64,000 bases of DNA from Macrostomum lignano (taxonomy: Eukaryota): contig NIVC01000107.1 in the NCBI GenBank assembly GCA_002269645.1, forward strand, positions 62,001 through 126,000, in the 5' to 3' direction. A program made the position numbers and the translations under genes. This document shows positions 47,235 to 61,335 of this stretch, piece after piece (the stretch's first letter is position 1; each line of letters starts with the position of its first letter). The notes under the pieces were generated by a model. The model was not told the DNA's origin. It worked only from the letters and a program-made list of their open reading frames with translations, and searched no databases.

Positions 47235-47730
47235 TCATGTACGCAAGCTCATACCCCTGGCCAACCCACCACCCCTAAGTGTACGCAAGCTCATACCCCT
47301 GGCCAACCCACCACCCCTAAGTGTACGCAAGCTCATACCCCTGGCCAACCCACCACCCCTAAGTGTACGCAAGCTCATACCCCTGGCCAACCCACTACCC
47401 CTAAGTGTACACAAACTCATACCCCTGGCCAACCCACCACCCCAAAGTGTACACAAACTCATAACCCTGGCCAACCCACCACCCAAAGTGTACACAAACT
47501 CATAACCCTGGCCAACCCACCACCCCAAAGTGTACACAAACTCATAACCCTGGCCAACCCACCACCCCAAAGTGTACACAAACTCATACCCCTGGCCAAC
47601 CCACCACCCCAAAGTGTACACAAACTCATACCCCTGGCCAATCCACCACCCCAAAGTGTACACAAACTCATACCCCTGGCCAACCCACCACCCCAAAGTG
47701 TACACAAACTCATAACCCTGGCCAACCATA
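47235..47730. repeat. 42-bp minisatellite
   Basis: GTACACAAACTCATACCCCTGGCCAACCCACCACCCCAAAGT x about 12. Confidence 0.95.
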
Positions 47731-48129
47731 ATTACATTTTGGCCAGTATTGACAAATGCTAATTAAGCTACGCCCAATTTCAGCTCACTTTAATTAGCTT
47801 TACTATTTTTTCTCCACATGTGACTTAATGCTTTTACATTGAATATGTAGATCGCACTGCCTCTTCATGCCTATGAATATTTTTATCTTATGCTATTTTC
47901 CTAAATTTTCCTGCTGTGACCGCAAAATAACAATATAACTAGATAGCACGTTTCAAACATTTTTAAAAAATGCTATTGCACGTGAAACAGACTTACGAAA
48001 ATGTGCCTCACATGTAAGCCCCTAATTTTTTTCAAAAACCTTAAATATTCTACTGTTTGTAAGTAGTTTATGCAGGCAGTACTGAAATTTTATCCACCCG
48101 CTCGGACTCATCCGCCCTAAAAGTAAACT

Positions 48130-49170
48130 TGAGAGTCGCCCTTATCCACCCTGAGAATCGCCAATTATCCACCCTGAGATTCGCCCTTATCCACCCTGAT
48201 AATCGCCAATTATCCACCCTGAGAATCGCCAATTTTCCACCCTGAGAGTCGCCAGTTATCGACCCTGAGAATCGCCAGTTATCCACCCTGAGAATCGCCA
48301 GTTATCCACCCTGAGAATCGTTAATTATCCACCCTCAGAATCGCCAATTATCCACCCTCAGAATCGCCAATTATCCACCCTCGGAATCGCCAATTATCCA
48401 CCCTGAGAATCGCCAGTTATCCGCCCTGAGAATCGCCAATTATCCACCCTAAGAATCGCCAATTATCCGCCCTGAGAATCGCCAATTATCCGCCCTGAGA
48501 ATCGCCAATTATCCACCCTGAGAATCGTTAATTATCCACCCTCAGAATCGCCAATTATCCACCTCAGAATCGCCAATTATCCACCCTGAGAATCGCCAGT
48601 TATCCACCCTGAGAATCGCCAGTTATCCACCCTGAGAGTCGCCAGTTATCCACCCTGAGAATCGTTAATTATCCACCCTCAGAATCGCCAATTATCCACC
48701 CTGAGAATCGCCAGTTATCCACCCTGAGAATCGCCAGTTATCCACCCTGAGAGTCGCCAGTTATCCACCCTGAGAATCGTTAATTATCCACCCTCAGAAT
48801 CGCCAATTATCCACCCTCAGAATCGCCAATTATCCACCCTCAGAATCGCCAATTATCCACCCTCAGAATCGTTAATTATCCACCCTCAGAATCGCCAATT
48901 ATCCACCCTCAGAATCGCCAATTATCCACCCTCAGAATCGCCAATTATCCGCCCTGAGAATCGCCAATTATCCACCCTCAGAATCGCCAATTATCCACCC
49001 TCAGAATCGCCAATTATCCGCCCTGAGAATCGCCAATTATCCACCCTCAGAATCGCCAATTATCCTCCCTGAGAATCGCCAATTACCCGCCCTGAGAATC
49101 GCCAATTATCCGCCCTGAGAATCGCCAATTATCCACCCTGAGAATCGCCAATTATCCGCCCTGAGAATCG
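48130..49170. repeat. 23-bp minisatellite
   Basis: TTATCCACCCTGAGAATCGCCAA x about 45. Confidence 0.96.
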
Positions 49171-49709
49171 GCCTCCAATAATTGTCTCTCTGACCGCGGG
49201 AGCTGCAGTTATTGAATAAAATGCACGCAGCGAAGTGAACTCGGCCGTCTCTAACTGATTGATTAAACTGGAGTCGGCCTACTGAGCAGTGCCGCTGTCT
49301 GGCAGGGCCCGGCAATACCCGCGGGAGTTCGAATTTGTGCGTCTTAAAGTCTGGCCCGCTGTCTCGATCTTTCTATATCTCCATTGCCAGCTAGCTGAGA
49401 TCGTCTCAAGACTCCAACCACGTGCGCCTCCCCCCCCCTCTGTCGCATAATCAGTCCACTCTTGGGATTTTAAAATCCGACGCAGCAGAATAATAAGATC
49501 AACTTTCAATATCCCAAGAGACTGAGACTGTTCCTTCGTACTTATAGTGTGAATTTAGAATTGAATTTGGATAATAATTGAGCAAGATCTGGCTTGGATT
49601 TCTTCTGGTTTTGTTGACTAAGAAGTGGCTCTGCGAAATTGAAATGGGATTTAACTGCCTTAAAATTCTCAATTCAATGAAAATCTGATTTCTTTGGACA
49701 TTCTCGCAC

Positions 49710-52615
49710 AGTCCCCAGACATCTGATTCCCTAATCCTCACAGTCCCCAGACATCTGACTCCCTAATCCTCACAGTCCCCAGACATCTGACTCCCTAATC
49801 CTCACAGTCCCCAGACATCTGACTCCCTAATCCTCACAGTCCCCAGACATCTGACTCCCTAATCCTCACAGTCCCCAGACATCTGACTCCCTAATCCTCA
49901 CAGTCCCCAGACATCTGACTCCTAATTAATCCTCACAGTCCCCAGACATCTGATTCCCTAATCCTCACAGTCCCCAGACATCTGACTCCTAATTAATCCT
50001 CACAGTCCCCAGACATCTGACTCCCTAATCCTCACAGTCCCCAGACATCTGACTCCCTAATCCTCACAGTCCCCAGACATCTGACTCCCTAATCCTCACA
50101 GTCCCCAGACATCTGACTCCTAATTAATCCTCACAGTCCCCAGACATCTGACTCCTAATTAATCCTCACAGTCCCCAGACATCTGATTCCCTAATCCTCA
50201 CAATCCCCAGACATCTGACTCCCTAATCCTCACAATCCCCAGACATCGGACTCCCTAATCCTCACAATCCCCAGACATCTGAGTCCCTAATCCTCACAAT
50301 CCCCAGACATCTGAGTCCCTAATCCTCACAATTCCCAGACATCTGAGTCCCTAATCCTCACAATCCCCAGACATCTGACTCCCTAATCCTCACAATCCCC
50401 AGACATCGGACTCCCTAATCCTCACAATCCCCAGACATCTGAGTCCCTAATCCTCACAATCCCCAGACATCTGAGTCCCTAATCCTCACAATTCCCAGAC
50501 ATCTGAGTCCCTAATCCTCACAATCCCCAGACATCTGACTCCCTAATCCTCACAATCCCCAGACATCTGACTCCCTAATCCTCACAGTCCCCTGACATCT
50601 GACTCCCTAATCCTCACAGTCCCCAGACATCTGACTCCCTAATCCTCACAGTCCCCAGACATCTACTCCCTAATCCTCACAGTCCCCAGACATCTGACTC
50701 CCTAATCCTCACAGTCCCCTGACATCTGACTCCCTAATCCTCACAGTCCCCAGACATCTGACTCCCTAATCCTCACAGTCCCCAGACATCTGACTCCCTA
50801 ATCCTCACAGTCCCCAGACATCTGACTCCCTAATCCTCACAGTCCCCAGACATCTGTCCCCAGACATCTGACTTCCTCACAGTCCCCAGACATCTGACTC
50901 CTAATTAATCCTCACAGTCCCCAGACATCTGACTCCCTAATCCTCACAGTCCCCAGACATCTGACTCCCTAATCCTCACAGTCCCCAGACATCTGACTCC
51001 CTAATCCTCACAGTCCCCAGACATCTGACTCCCTAATCCTCACAGTCCCCAGACATCTGACTCCCTAATCCTCACAGTCCCCAGACATCTGTCCCCAGAC
51101 ATCTGACTTCCTCACAGTCCCCAGACATCTGACTCCTAATTAATCCTCACAGTCCCCAGACATCTGACTCCCTAATCCTCACAGTCCCCAGACATCTGAC
51201 TCCCTAATCCTCACAGTCCCCAGACATCTGACTCCCTAATCCTCACAGTCCCCAGACATCTGACTCCCTAATCCTCACAGTCCCCTGACATCTGACTCCC
51301 TAATCCTCACAGTCCCCAGACATCTGACTCCCTAATCCTCACAGTCCCCAGACATCTGACTCCCTAATCCTCACAGTCCCCAGACATCTGACTCCCTAAT
51401 CCTCACAGTCCCCAGACATCTGTCCCCAGACATCTGACTTCCTCACAGTCCCCAGACATCTGACTCCTAATTAATCCTCACAGTCCCCAGACATCTGACT
51501 CCCTAATCCTCACAGTCCCCAGACATCTGACTCCCTAATCCTCACAGTCCCCTGACATCTGACTCCCTAATCCTCACAGTCCCCAGACATCTGACTCCCT
51601 AATCCTCACAGTCCCCAGACATCTGACTCCCTAATCCTCACAGTCCCCAGACATCTGACTCCCTAATCCTCACAGTCCCCAGACATCTGTCCCCAGACAT
51701 CTGACTTCCTCACAGTCCCCAGACATCTGACTCCTAATTAATCCTCACAGTCCCCAGACATCTGACTCCCTAATCCTCACAGTCCCCAGACATCTGACTC
51801 CCTAATCCTCACAGTCCCCAGACATCTGACTCCCTAATCCTCACAGTCCCCAGACATCTGACTCCCTAATCCTCACAGTCCCCAGACATCTGACTCCTAA
51901 TTAATCCTCACAGTCCCCAGACATCTGATTCCCTAATCCTCACAGTCCCCAGACATCTGACTCCTAATTAATCCTCACAGTCCCCAGACATCTGACTCCC
52001 TAATCCTCACAGTCCCCAGACATCTGACTCCCTAATCCTCACAGTCCCCAGACATCTGACTCCCTAATCCTCACAGTCCCCAGACATCTGACTCCTAATT
52101 AATCCTCACAGTCCCCAGACATCTGACTCCTAATTAATCCTCACAGTCCCCAGACATCTGATTCCCTAATCCTCACAATCCCCAGACATCTGACTCCCTA
52201 ATCCTCACAATCCCCAGACATCGGACTCCCTAATCCTCACAATCCCCAGACATCTGAGTCCCTAATCCTCACAATCCCCAGACATCTGAGTCCCTAATCC
52301 TCACAATTCCCAGACATCTGAGTCCCTAATCCTCACAATCCCCAGACATCTGACTCCCTAATCCTCACAATCCCCAGACATCTGACTCCCTAATCCTCAC
52401 AGTCCCCTGACATCTGACTCCCTAATCCTCACAGTCCCCAGACATCTGACTCCCTAATCCTCACAGTCCCCAGACATCTACTCCCTAATCCTCACAGTCC
52501 CCAGACATCTGACTCCCTAATCCTCACAGTCCCCTGACATCTGACTCCCTAATCCTCACAGTCCCCAGACATCTGACTCCCTAATCCTCACAGTCCCCAG
52601 ACATCTGATTACTTA
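49710..52615. repeat. 32-bp minisatellite with higher-order structure
   Basis: CACAGTCCCCAGACATCTGACTCCCTAATCCT x about 90; variant units recur in ordered blocks. Confidence 0.97.
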
Positions 52616-53441
52616 ATCCTCAAGACTCTTCAAACCTGAAATTGTTTCCTTCATAATCCCCGTGTATCAATCTGAGTGCACTGTAAGGGACAATACAAAT
52701 GCAGACCATTCTGCAGTTACATTTGAGATCTCACAATATGCAACGGTCTTATCAGAGCGCTTTCTGTCCACGGTTAGAAATTTATTGATAATTAATGCAG
52801 AACTTTAAAATAAAGTGGAAATTTAGTGGTCACACTCAGTTGTAAGCAAATGAAACAGGGGAGAATAGCTAAAGTATTTGCTAATTCTAGGCAATTGGCA
52901 TAACAAAAATCAATTTGAACACAAAAATCTAGGAGTCGAGTCAAATTCTAACAGTGGATTACAGTTGCTGCTGTGAGCTTGGAGCAGAGAATTTTACTGG
53001 TGGAAGATTTGTCAAAGATTGGGATTTTAATCTGTGCGCAATCAAATATTAATTACCTGTAGCTAGTAATGTACATTCGATACGGAATTACTCTACACAA
53101 TGAATGTAAATGTAACTGCTTATAGAATGGAAGCAAACGTTTGCTGGATAAAAATGAGTGTACATACATTAAACTGCATGCTAGCTACTGTACCTACATG
53201 AGCAACAATTTATATACGCAAGAAAGCAGAATGTCTGCAAACTTAATTCTGCGGAACCAATCAAAGCTGGAACTGAAATTAAAGTACAAAAGTATACAGA
53301 AACTGACAGTTGTTTTTAAAGTTAAAATTGTTCCAAATCGAACTTGATGAACTGATTAAGGATATTATTTTGACCATAGACAATTCAGCTTCTATGGTTA
53401 AAACCCACTAACCTGACTCCGACAACCCCAGCGCTGAGGGC

Positions 53442-56400
53442 TCAGAAGAACTGCTCCCTGCTCTGCAGGCAGTGCCGCTCTGGAATAGCCGGCAGGAACT
53501 GCAGCCCGTTCCCGGCGGTCCCCGAAGCCGTCGCCGGGAAGCTGACCGACTTTGGCAGCGTCGTCGTGCGGCGACTGCTGGACTCCAGCCTGCCGTCCTC
53601 ATCCCCTGCCTCGCACTCATCCGCAAGGGTGTCGCAGGATCCGACGCTGGCCGCGGGCCCTCCAGTCAGTGCCGTGTTGAGGGTGTCGCTGGACTCCCAA
53701 CCGGCCCCGCCGCCGGGGTTGCCGCCGCCCAGGCAGAGCGACGACGATGTTGTCGACATGCACGGCCGACGTCGGCCGCCGATGGAGCGCTGCTGCTGCT
53801 GCTGGGCGCAGCGCATGGACTCGAGCCGCTTGCTCAGGTGCAGATTCTCCGTCTTGAGCTGCTGGAACATGTCCACCAGGCGGTCGAACTCCTCCTGGCG
53901 AGCGAGTGTGAAGTTCGTGAGGGGGTGACAACCTATTGTTCGTTGAAAAACTAAAATTTAAGCTACCCGCTTGTATTACAAAGCTACTTAACAACAGTAG
54001 TATATAGCTAAGCCATTAATCCATACTGTATAATAAAACATTATAGTAATGCTATTCTGGCACCAAGCAGAAACAGCATCAGGAAGCAGACAAAAAGAAG
54101 AACAAAGCGGCCTATTGTCACCCAACCTTGCCCACCTCGTATGCTGGGGCAAGGACCATGGTCTAGCTAGCTACTATAGGGAAAACGATAGCTGTCTCAG
54201 CTTTTTTAGCATGGAAATTGGCAAATGTACTTTTAAATGCTTCTCTCTTTTCTATTAAGAGACGCCCGGCTGCGGAAAGCGAAACAACAGCTTATTCAAG
54301 GACCTCTGCATTGTTCAGGCCTATTCTTTTTTGCTTTAGACAGAGGCTGGATGGCTATTGTGGAATCTTTCAGCTGAATTGCTGCTCTCCACTGCGCCCC
54401 CGCAGCAGTAGCTTTTTCCTGCTGTCATCCGCTCCTTCATCCACTCCACCCTCTGTCTCTTCATCCGCTCCCTCCCTCATTTCTTGATCCGCTCCCTCCC
54501 GCATTCCTTGACCCCGCTCCCTCCCTCATTTCTTGATCCGCTCCCTCCCGCATTCCTTGACCCCGCTCCCTCCCTCATTTCTTGATCCGCTCCCTCCCGC
54601 ATTCCTTGACCCCGCTCCCTCCCTCATTTCTTGATCCGCTCCCTCCCGCATTCCTTGACCCCGCTCCCTCCCTCATTTCTTGATCCGCTCCCTCCCGCAT
54701 TCCTTGACCCCGCTCCCTCCCTCATTTCTTGATCCGCTCCCTCCCTCATTTCTTGATCCGCTCCCTCCCTCATTTCTTGATCCGCTCCCTCCCTCATTTC
54801 TTGACCCGCTCCCTCCCTCATTTCTTGATCCGCTCCCTCCCTCATTTCTTGATCCGCTCCCTCCCTCATTTCTTGATCCGCTCCCTCCCTCATTTCTTGA
54901 TCCGCTCCCTCCCTCATTTCTTGATCCGCTCCCTCCCTCATTTTTTGATCCGCTCCCTCCCTCATTTCTTGACCCGCTCCCTCCCTCATTTCTTGATCCG
55001 CTCCCTCCCTCATTTCTTGATCCGCTCCCTCCCTCATTTCTTGATCCGCTCCCTCCCTCATTTCTTGATCCGCTCCCTCCCTCATTTCTTGATCCGCTCC
55101 CTCCCTCATTTCTTGATCCGCTCCCTCCCTCATTTCTTGACCCGCTCCCTCCTTCGCACTTAGCCAGCTCACCTCGGTGTAGCCCTTGAAGACTTCAACC
55201 GCAGCTCTCGCCTCGCTGCTCGTCTCCTGAGCCGCTAGCGAACTGCCTGCCTCGGCTTCTCCCAGGTGCTGCTGCTGCTGTTGCTGCAGCTCCCGCTGGT
55301 GCTGGCGCTGGTGCTCGTGAAACGGCGACAGAACCAGCTGGCCGCAGGGCACGCACTTCATGCTGACAACCCGGCCGCTGTTGCTCAGGCACACGTCCAC
55401 TCGGTGGGTGGCCGAGCCGCCAGTGATGTCGGACACCGGGATGCTGATCTCCTCATAGCCGCTGCGGATCTGCAGCAGCTGGCAAAGGATTTAGGGGTAG
55501 GGCGTCAAGCGATCAGGTGCTGAGGTTGGCAGGTGTTGATTCTAATTGCACCTGGGGATAATAGTTGATTCTAATTGCACCTGAGGATAATAGTTGATTT
55601 TAACTGCACCTGAGGATAATAGTTGATTCTAATTGCACCTGAGGATAATAGTTGATTCTAATTGCACCTGAGGATAATAGTTGATTCTAATTGCACCTGA
55701 GGATAATAGTTGATTCTAATTGCACCTGAGGATAATAGTTGATTCTAATTGCACCTGAGGATAATAGTTGATTCTAATTGCACCTGAGAATAATAGTTGA
55801 TTCTAATTGCACCTGAGGATAATAGTTGATTCTAATTGCACCTGAGGATAATAGTTGATTCTAATTGCACCTGAGGATAATAGTTGATTCTAATTGCACC
55901 TGAGGATAATAGTTGATTCATCTGAGTAGGCGCATGGGTTGAGCTAGAATTTGATTTCAGCCCAACAGATCAGCAAATTTCAGGTGCTGAATTTTCTCCA
56001 GAAAATATTTATCCTCGGTAATAAATCCTCAAGAAAAAATATCAGAAAGAATAGCCGATTAATCATAGTACCTCATTAATCAATAATCATTAATCAATCT
56101 ATCAGAAGCACTTTCCCTTCAGCCCCCCGCCCACCCTCACGACCAGCAATTGTTCAAGGCGACGGCTACAATTCCTTCTGCTTCCATAGTTTCGAATGCC
56201 CAGCCTCTCACGATCGATCTATTCTCCATCTGAGCACGATGGGGCAGAATAGAAGATGGAGCAGCAGCTGCTGGGAGGCGGTGAGGCGTGCAAGAAATCT
56301 GCGGTGGGGGTAGCGAGGGTTGGGAAGGGATGGCAGCTCACCTTGAGCCTGGATATTGGCTCAGGTGGTTCAGGCGGGGTCGCTGAAGGATTAAATAAGC

Positions 56401-59400
56401 ATATTTATCATGCCAGCTGCACTTGGGTGGCTTTTATCCTGCCTCCTGTCTTATAGCAGCTCTCCTTCTCCACCCTATCTGCCCTCTCACTCGTCATCTC
56501 TCCGTCTCACTCTCCTTCTCTCTCTCTCGCTCTCTCTCTCACTCTCCATCTTTCCTCCTCACTCCCCATCTCTCCCTCTCACTCCCCATCTCTCCTCCTC
56601 ACTCCCCATCTCTCCTCCTCACTCCCCATCTTTCCTCCTCACTCCCCATCTTTCCTCCTCACTCCCCATCTCTCCCTCTCACTCCCCATCTCTCCTCCTC
56701 ACTCCCCATCTCTCCTCCTCACTCCCCATCTCTCCTCCTCACTCCCCATCTTTCCTCCTCACTCCCCATCTTTCCTCCTCACTCCCCATCTCTCCCTCTC
56801 ACTCCCCATCTCTCCTCCTCACTCCCCATCTTTCCTCCTCACTCCCCATCTTTCCTCCTCACTCCCCATCTTTCCTCCTCACTCCCCATCTTTCCTCCTC
56901 ACTCCCATCTTTCCTCCTCACTCCCCATCTCTCCCTCTCACTTCCCATCTTTCTTACTCTCACTCTCCATCTCAACCCTTATCTCCCTCTCACTCCCATT
57001 ATCGCCCTCTTCTCTCCCTGTCAGTCCCCCTCTCTACCCCTCATATTCCTTGAAGCCGAGAGCAGAGATTGCGCTATTGCCGAAATGCCAATATCTAGCG
57101 ATACAAGATCACTATGAACCCCTCTGCGTTCGGCCCACCGATGTAGGGAAAAGGAACTGTAGTAGCCAACAGGGAAGTGTCTCTCCCTACGGGCTGCCTG
57201 ACTTGCTACATGGGTTTTCACCCTCTCACACAAGGCGGTCCCCGTTGTGAGAATTTTCAGTGCAAAGGATACATGGGATAGGCAGTCTGTGGGCTAATTA
57301 CCATGGGATCCGACTGTTTGGCTTTGCAAAACCCGCAATGCGTTGTAAAGAACACGGATAAGGTCTTAACTCTGTGGGTAGGTTCATTAGCGATGCTTGA
57401 TTGACAATGTTGAGGAGAATAGATAAAACGAAAGCTGTTGTTATTAACTGTTGTGTTCGAACGGGAGGGAATGGGGAGAAAGAGAGAAATGGAAAGAGAC
57501 GTTTATTTGTCTCATGGGCGAGACTTGGATTGCGGTACAACAAAGGTAGATACGATTCCTTTTTTAGTACGATATGGATTTCCAAAAATCCTCACTTGCT
57601 GCAACACGAAGACGAGCTGTACGGAAGTCACGACTGTCATGGTGAACAAAAATGCCGCCAATTTGGCATAAAAATCTGGCAGCTCCGACTCATGAATCAT
57701 CAGTCTGGAATCAATATTGTAATTAAGTTAATTACATGTACTCGCGAGTTTTCCACATCTAATAGCTAAAATCGCATCACCCCATTATACACCCACCACC
57801 CCATTCCTCACCCACCAACCCATTCCTCACCCACCACCCAATTCCTCACCCACCACCTCATTCTCCACCCACCACCCCATTCCTCACCCACCAACCTATT
57901 CCTCAACCACCACCCATTCTCCACCCACCACCCCATTCCTCACCCACCAACCTATTCCTCAACCACCACCCCATTCCTCAACCACCACCCCATTCTCCAC
58001 CCACCACCCCCATTCTCCACCCACCACCCCATTCCTCACCCGCCACCCCATTCCTCACGCACCACCCCATTCCTCAACCACCACCCCATTCCTCACGCAC
58101 CACCCCATTCCTCACCCACCACCCCATTCTCCACCCACCACCCCATTCCTCAGCCGCCACCCAATTCCTCACCCACCACCTCATTCTCCACCCACCACCC
58201 CATTCCTCACCCGCCACCTCATTCCTCACTCACAGCACGGCGTACAGCACAGGCCAGCCCAGTGCAAAATTGTACAGACAAACTGCCGACTTTAATGAAT
58301 TATTGTAACAGTCTGGCGCGACTCGCGCACTGTAGGCCTGCCTCAGCGACCAAAGAACGATGAGAAGGTGCTCTGAAATTTATCGTCACTTTTTATAATT
58401 TAGGAGTGATCTCACACTGATGCAACAGTGACATAAGTTGAAACAGGTCCAACCAGCCACTTACCGGCACTCAAGCAGCCGTCAATGCTTATCTGAAAAC
58501 ACCGCCCTTGACCGTTCGAGTCCGCCACAAACCAGGTCAGGTGACCCGTCAGAGACACCGTCGTGACTCCTGCCAAAGCTGCTATCCATAAAGCTACAAG
58601 GCAGCTGAGCCGCTTCATCACTTGGGCGTCACTTACATGAGTGCGCCTGAGGCGACCGAAGTCCATGATGACCGCCACGCTGAGGGTTGGAAGCCATGGC
58701 AGGCCAATCGGTCACAATCATAGTTTGATTTATGATCCCAGCATCCTGATTCCCTGTTAAAGTGCCTGTATTTATCTGAACACCTGCACTTACGATGTAT
58801 AACACTCCTCACCCCCGCACCCACCCCACTCCTTACTTCCGCACCCACCCCACTCCTCATTCACTTCCGCACCCACCCATCACTCCTCACTCCCGCACCC
58901 ACCCCACTCCTTACTTCCGCACCCACCCCACTCCTCATTCACTTCCGCACCCACCCCACTCCTCATTCACTTCCGCACCCACCCCACTCCTCATTCACTT
59001 CCGCACCCACCCCACTCCTCATTCACTTCCGCACCCAACCAACTCCTCACTCTTACACCCACCCCACTCCTTACCGCACCCACCCCGCTCCTCAATTTCG
59101 CACCAACCCACTCCTCAATCCCGCACCCACCCCACCCCTCACTCCCGCACCCACTCCAACCCTCACTCTCGCACCCACCCAATCCAGAGCTGCTCACCGC
59201 CAGCAATGCAGTCCAATATCGGAGTAGACCAACAGGCTGCCCAGGTGAAAGAGCCAATTAGAAAGGTGACAGCCGGCGCTGCCCTCCATCCACACGCTGG
59301 TCAAGTGCTGTATTGGATTTGAGGGATTGGATTGGAGTGATCTCTGAGCACGAACTCATCGCAGTTTAAAATGGAAACCATTAATTAATTGCGTCTTACC

Positions 59401-59468
59401 GAGACGTTCTGACAGCAGGTGCCCAGCAACACCTGATTGACTACTAGCTGCCCAACAGACTTGACAGC
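53442..59468 (-). CDS. GPR158: Class C orphan GPCR, GPR158/GPR179/smog-like (partial: TM2-TM7 + C-tail)
   Basis: Phase-compatible exons 59468-59400, 59307-59198, 58679-58465, 58372-58234, 57704-57596, 55478-55173, 53894-53442. They give GC...WLFHLG.LLVY..I.L.CWRVAVI (TM3), SDAQVMKRL (TM4), EHLL.VLW...R.APD.YN (TM5-6), PD...L...T.TVV (TM7) and a coiled coil EEEFDRL...QQLK. TM1 and ectodomain exons were not resolved. Confidence 0.7.
54430..55150. repeat. 24-bp minisatellite (24+25 dimer in the left part)
   Basis: GATCCGCTCCCTCCCTCATTTCTT units; intronic in the GPCR gene. Confidence 0.96.
55535..55920. repeat. 29-bp minisatellite
   Basis: AATTGCACCTGAGGATAATAGTTGATTCT x about 13. Confidence 0.96.
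56500..56990. repeat. 20-bp C/T-rich minisatellite
   Basis: ACTCCCCATCT(C/T)TCCTCCTC units. Confidence 0.94.
57780..58230. repeat. About 19-20-bp C-rich minisatellite
   Basis: CCACCACCCCATTCCTCAC units. Confidence 0.92.
58800..59180. repeat. C-rich minisatellite
   Basis: CGCACCCACCCCACTCCTCATTCACTTC-type units. Confidence 0.9.
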
Positions 59469-59539
59469 CTGAATGAGGTGGACGAGAAAAATAGTTTTGT
59501 TACGTACGAAGTAGATTCTGTTTGAATCTAAGTGTAAAT

Positions 59540-59605
59540 ATTCGTAAACTCGTAAACTCGTAAACTCGTAAACTCGTAAACTCGTAAACTCGTAAAATAC
59601 TCGTA
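59540..59605. repeat. (CTCGTAAA)n 8-bp repeat
   Basis: About 7 tandem copies. Confidence 0.9.
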
Positions 59606-59634
59606 AACACGCTGCCTCTTTATCACGCCTCTCA

Positions 59635-60385
59635 ACCACCCCACTCCTCACTGGCAACGGCAACGGCAACCACCCCACTCCTCACTGGCAACCACCCACT
59701 CCTCACTGGCAACAGCAACCACCCCACTCCTCACTGGCAACAGCAACCACCCCACTCCTCACTGGCAACCACCCCACTCCTCACTGGCAACCACCCCACT
59801 CCTCACTGGCAACAGCAACCACCCCACTCCTCACTGGCAACAGCAACCACCCCACTCCTCACTGGCAACCACCCCACTCCTCACTGGCAACAGCAACCAC
59901 CCCACTCCTCACTGGCAACCACCCCACTCCTCACTGGCAACAGCAACCACCCAACTCCTCACTGGCAACCACCCCACTCCTCACTGGCAACCACCCCACT
60001 CCTCACTGGCAACCACCCCACTCCTCACTGGCAACCACCCACTCCTCACTGGCAACCACCCACTCCTCACTGGCAACCACCCACTCCTCACTGGCAACCA
60101 CCCCACTCCTCACTGGCAACCACCCCACTCCTCACTGGCAACCACCCCACTCCTCACTGACAACCACTCCACTCCTCACTGACAACCACCCCACTCCTCA
60201 CTGACAACCACCCCACTCCTCACTGGCAACCACCCCACTCCTCACTGGCGACCACCCCACTCCTCACTGACAACCACTCCACTCCTCACTGACAACCACC
60301 CCACTCCTCACTGACAACCACTCCACTCCTCACTGACAACCACTCCACTCCTCACTGACAACCACCCCACTCCTCACTGGCAATA
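59635..60385. repeat. 22/28-bp minisatellite
   Basis: CAACCACCCCACTCCTCACTGG with or without CAACAG. Confidence 0.95.
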
Positions 60386-61034
60386 TTCTCAATTACAGTA
60401 CAACTGATGAGAAAAATAGTGACAAAAAAGTCCAAATAGACGAGATCCAATACCCAGAGAATGAATGAACCGAAGAAAAAGTTTTTCAAGTTCTCATAAT
60501 TCATAACGCAGAGCTGAGAGCCGAGGCAAACGAGCTCGGGGAATATTCGCCATTTTCAGCGACTCGAGCAGAGGCAGTTCAGTAGGAGAGTCTATTTCTG
60601 GATGCAAATTGTCTGAATTTATGAGCAGTCATCCAGGCCACCTCTCCATCTCTGTCTGACTCCTGCGGTTTTGGCTTCAGGGGAAATTTCCCCTGAAACT
60701 TTCGGGAAATAAAAGCGAGGAAGTCGGCCCGGATCTCTGACACGGCAACCAGGGGAGGAGGCTGAGTTGGATGGGGCTTTGACTAGCGAGCCATAAATAA
60801 ATCATTGAGACTCGTCGCGCGCCTATCGGACTGTTTCCAACTTCTTCTCCTGGTAGAAAATTGATGAAGATGATGAACAAAGCCCATCAACTGAGAACTG
60901 CTAGCAGGAAATGTTGGAGAGGAAGCTGCGTGCCGATGCACGAGCTTCATGCAGCTAAGGCTCTCGATAATTATTAATTAATGCTGTACTAAGCTTTCAA
61001 GCAGCAAAAACAAGTCTACCTGCATGCAATGCCC

Positions 61035-61335
61035 GAGATTGGGTATCTACATATATCTAAGGGTATCTACAAAGGGTATCTACAGGTCCTAGAGATCGGG
61101 TATCTACATAAGATCTCCCTACATAGATCGGGTATCTAGATATAAATAAGGGAATCTACAAAAGGTATCTACAGGTCCTAGATCGGGTATTTGCATAAGG
61201 TCCAAGATCGTGTATCTACATAAGGTCCTAGATCGGGTATCTACATAAGGTCCTAAATCGGGTATTTACATATATTTAAGGGTATCTACAAAGGGTATCT
61301 ACAGGTCCAAGATCGGGTATCTACATAAGATCTTA
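61035..61335. repeat. Degenerate GGGTATCTAC-based tandem repeat
   Basis: Recurrent AGATCGGGTATCTACATAAGGTCCT-like units. Confidence 0.8.

Noticed and set aside
53895-53932. Acceptor caatag|GT at 53932 for the last GPCR exon
   Set aside because: It is phase 1 and does not fit the phase-0 upstream donor. The acceptor at 53894 gives the in-frame YTE|EEFDRL.
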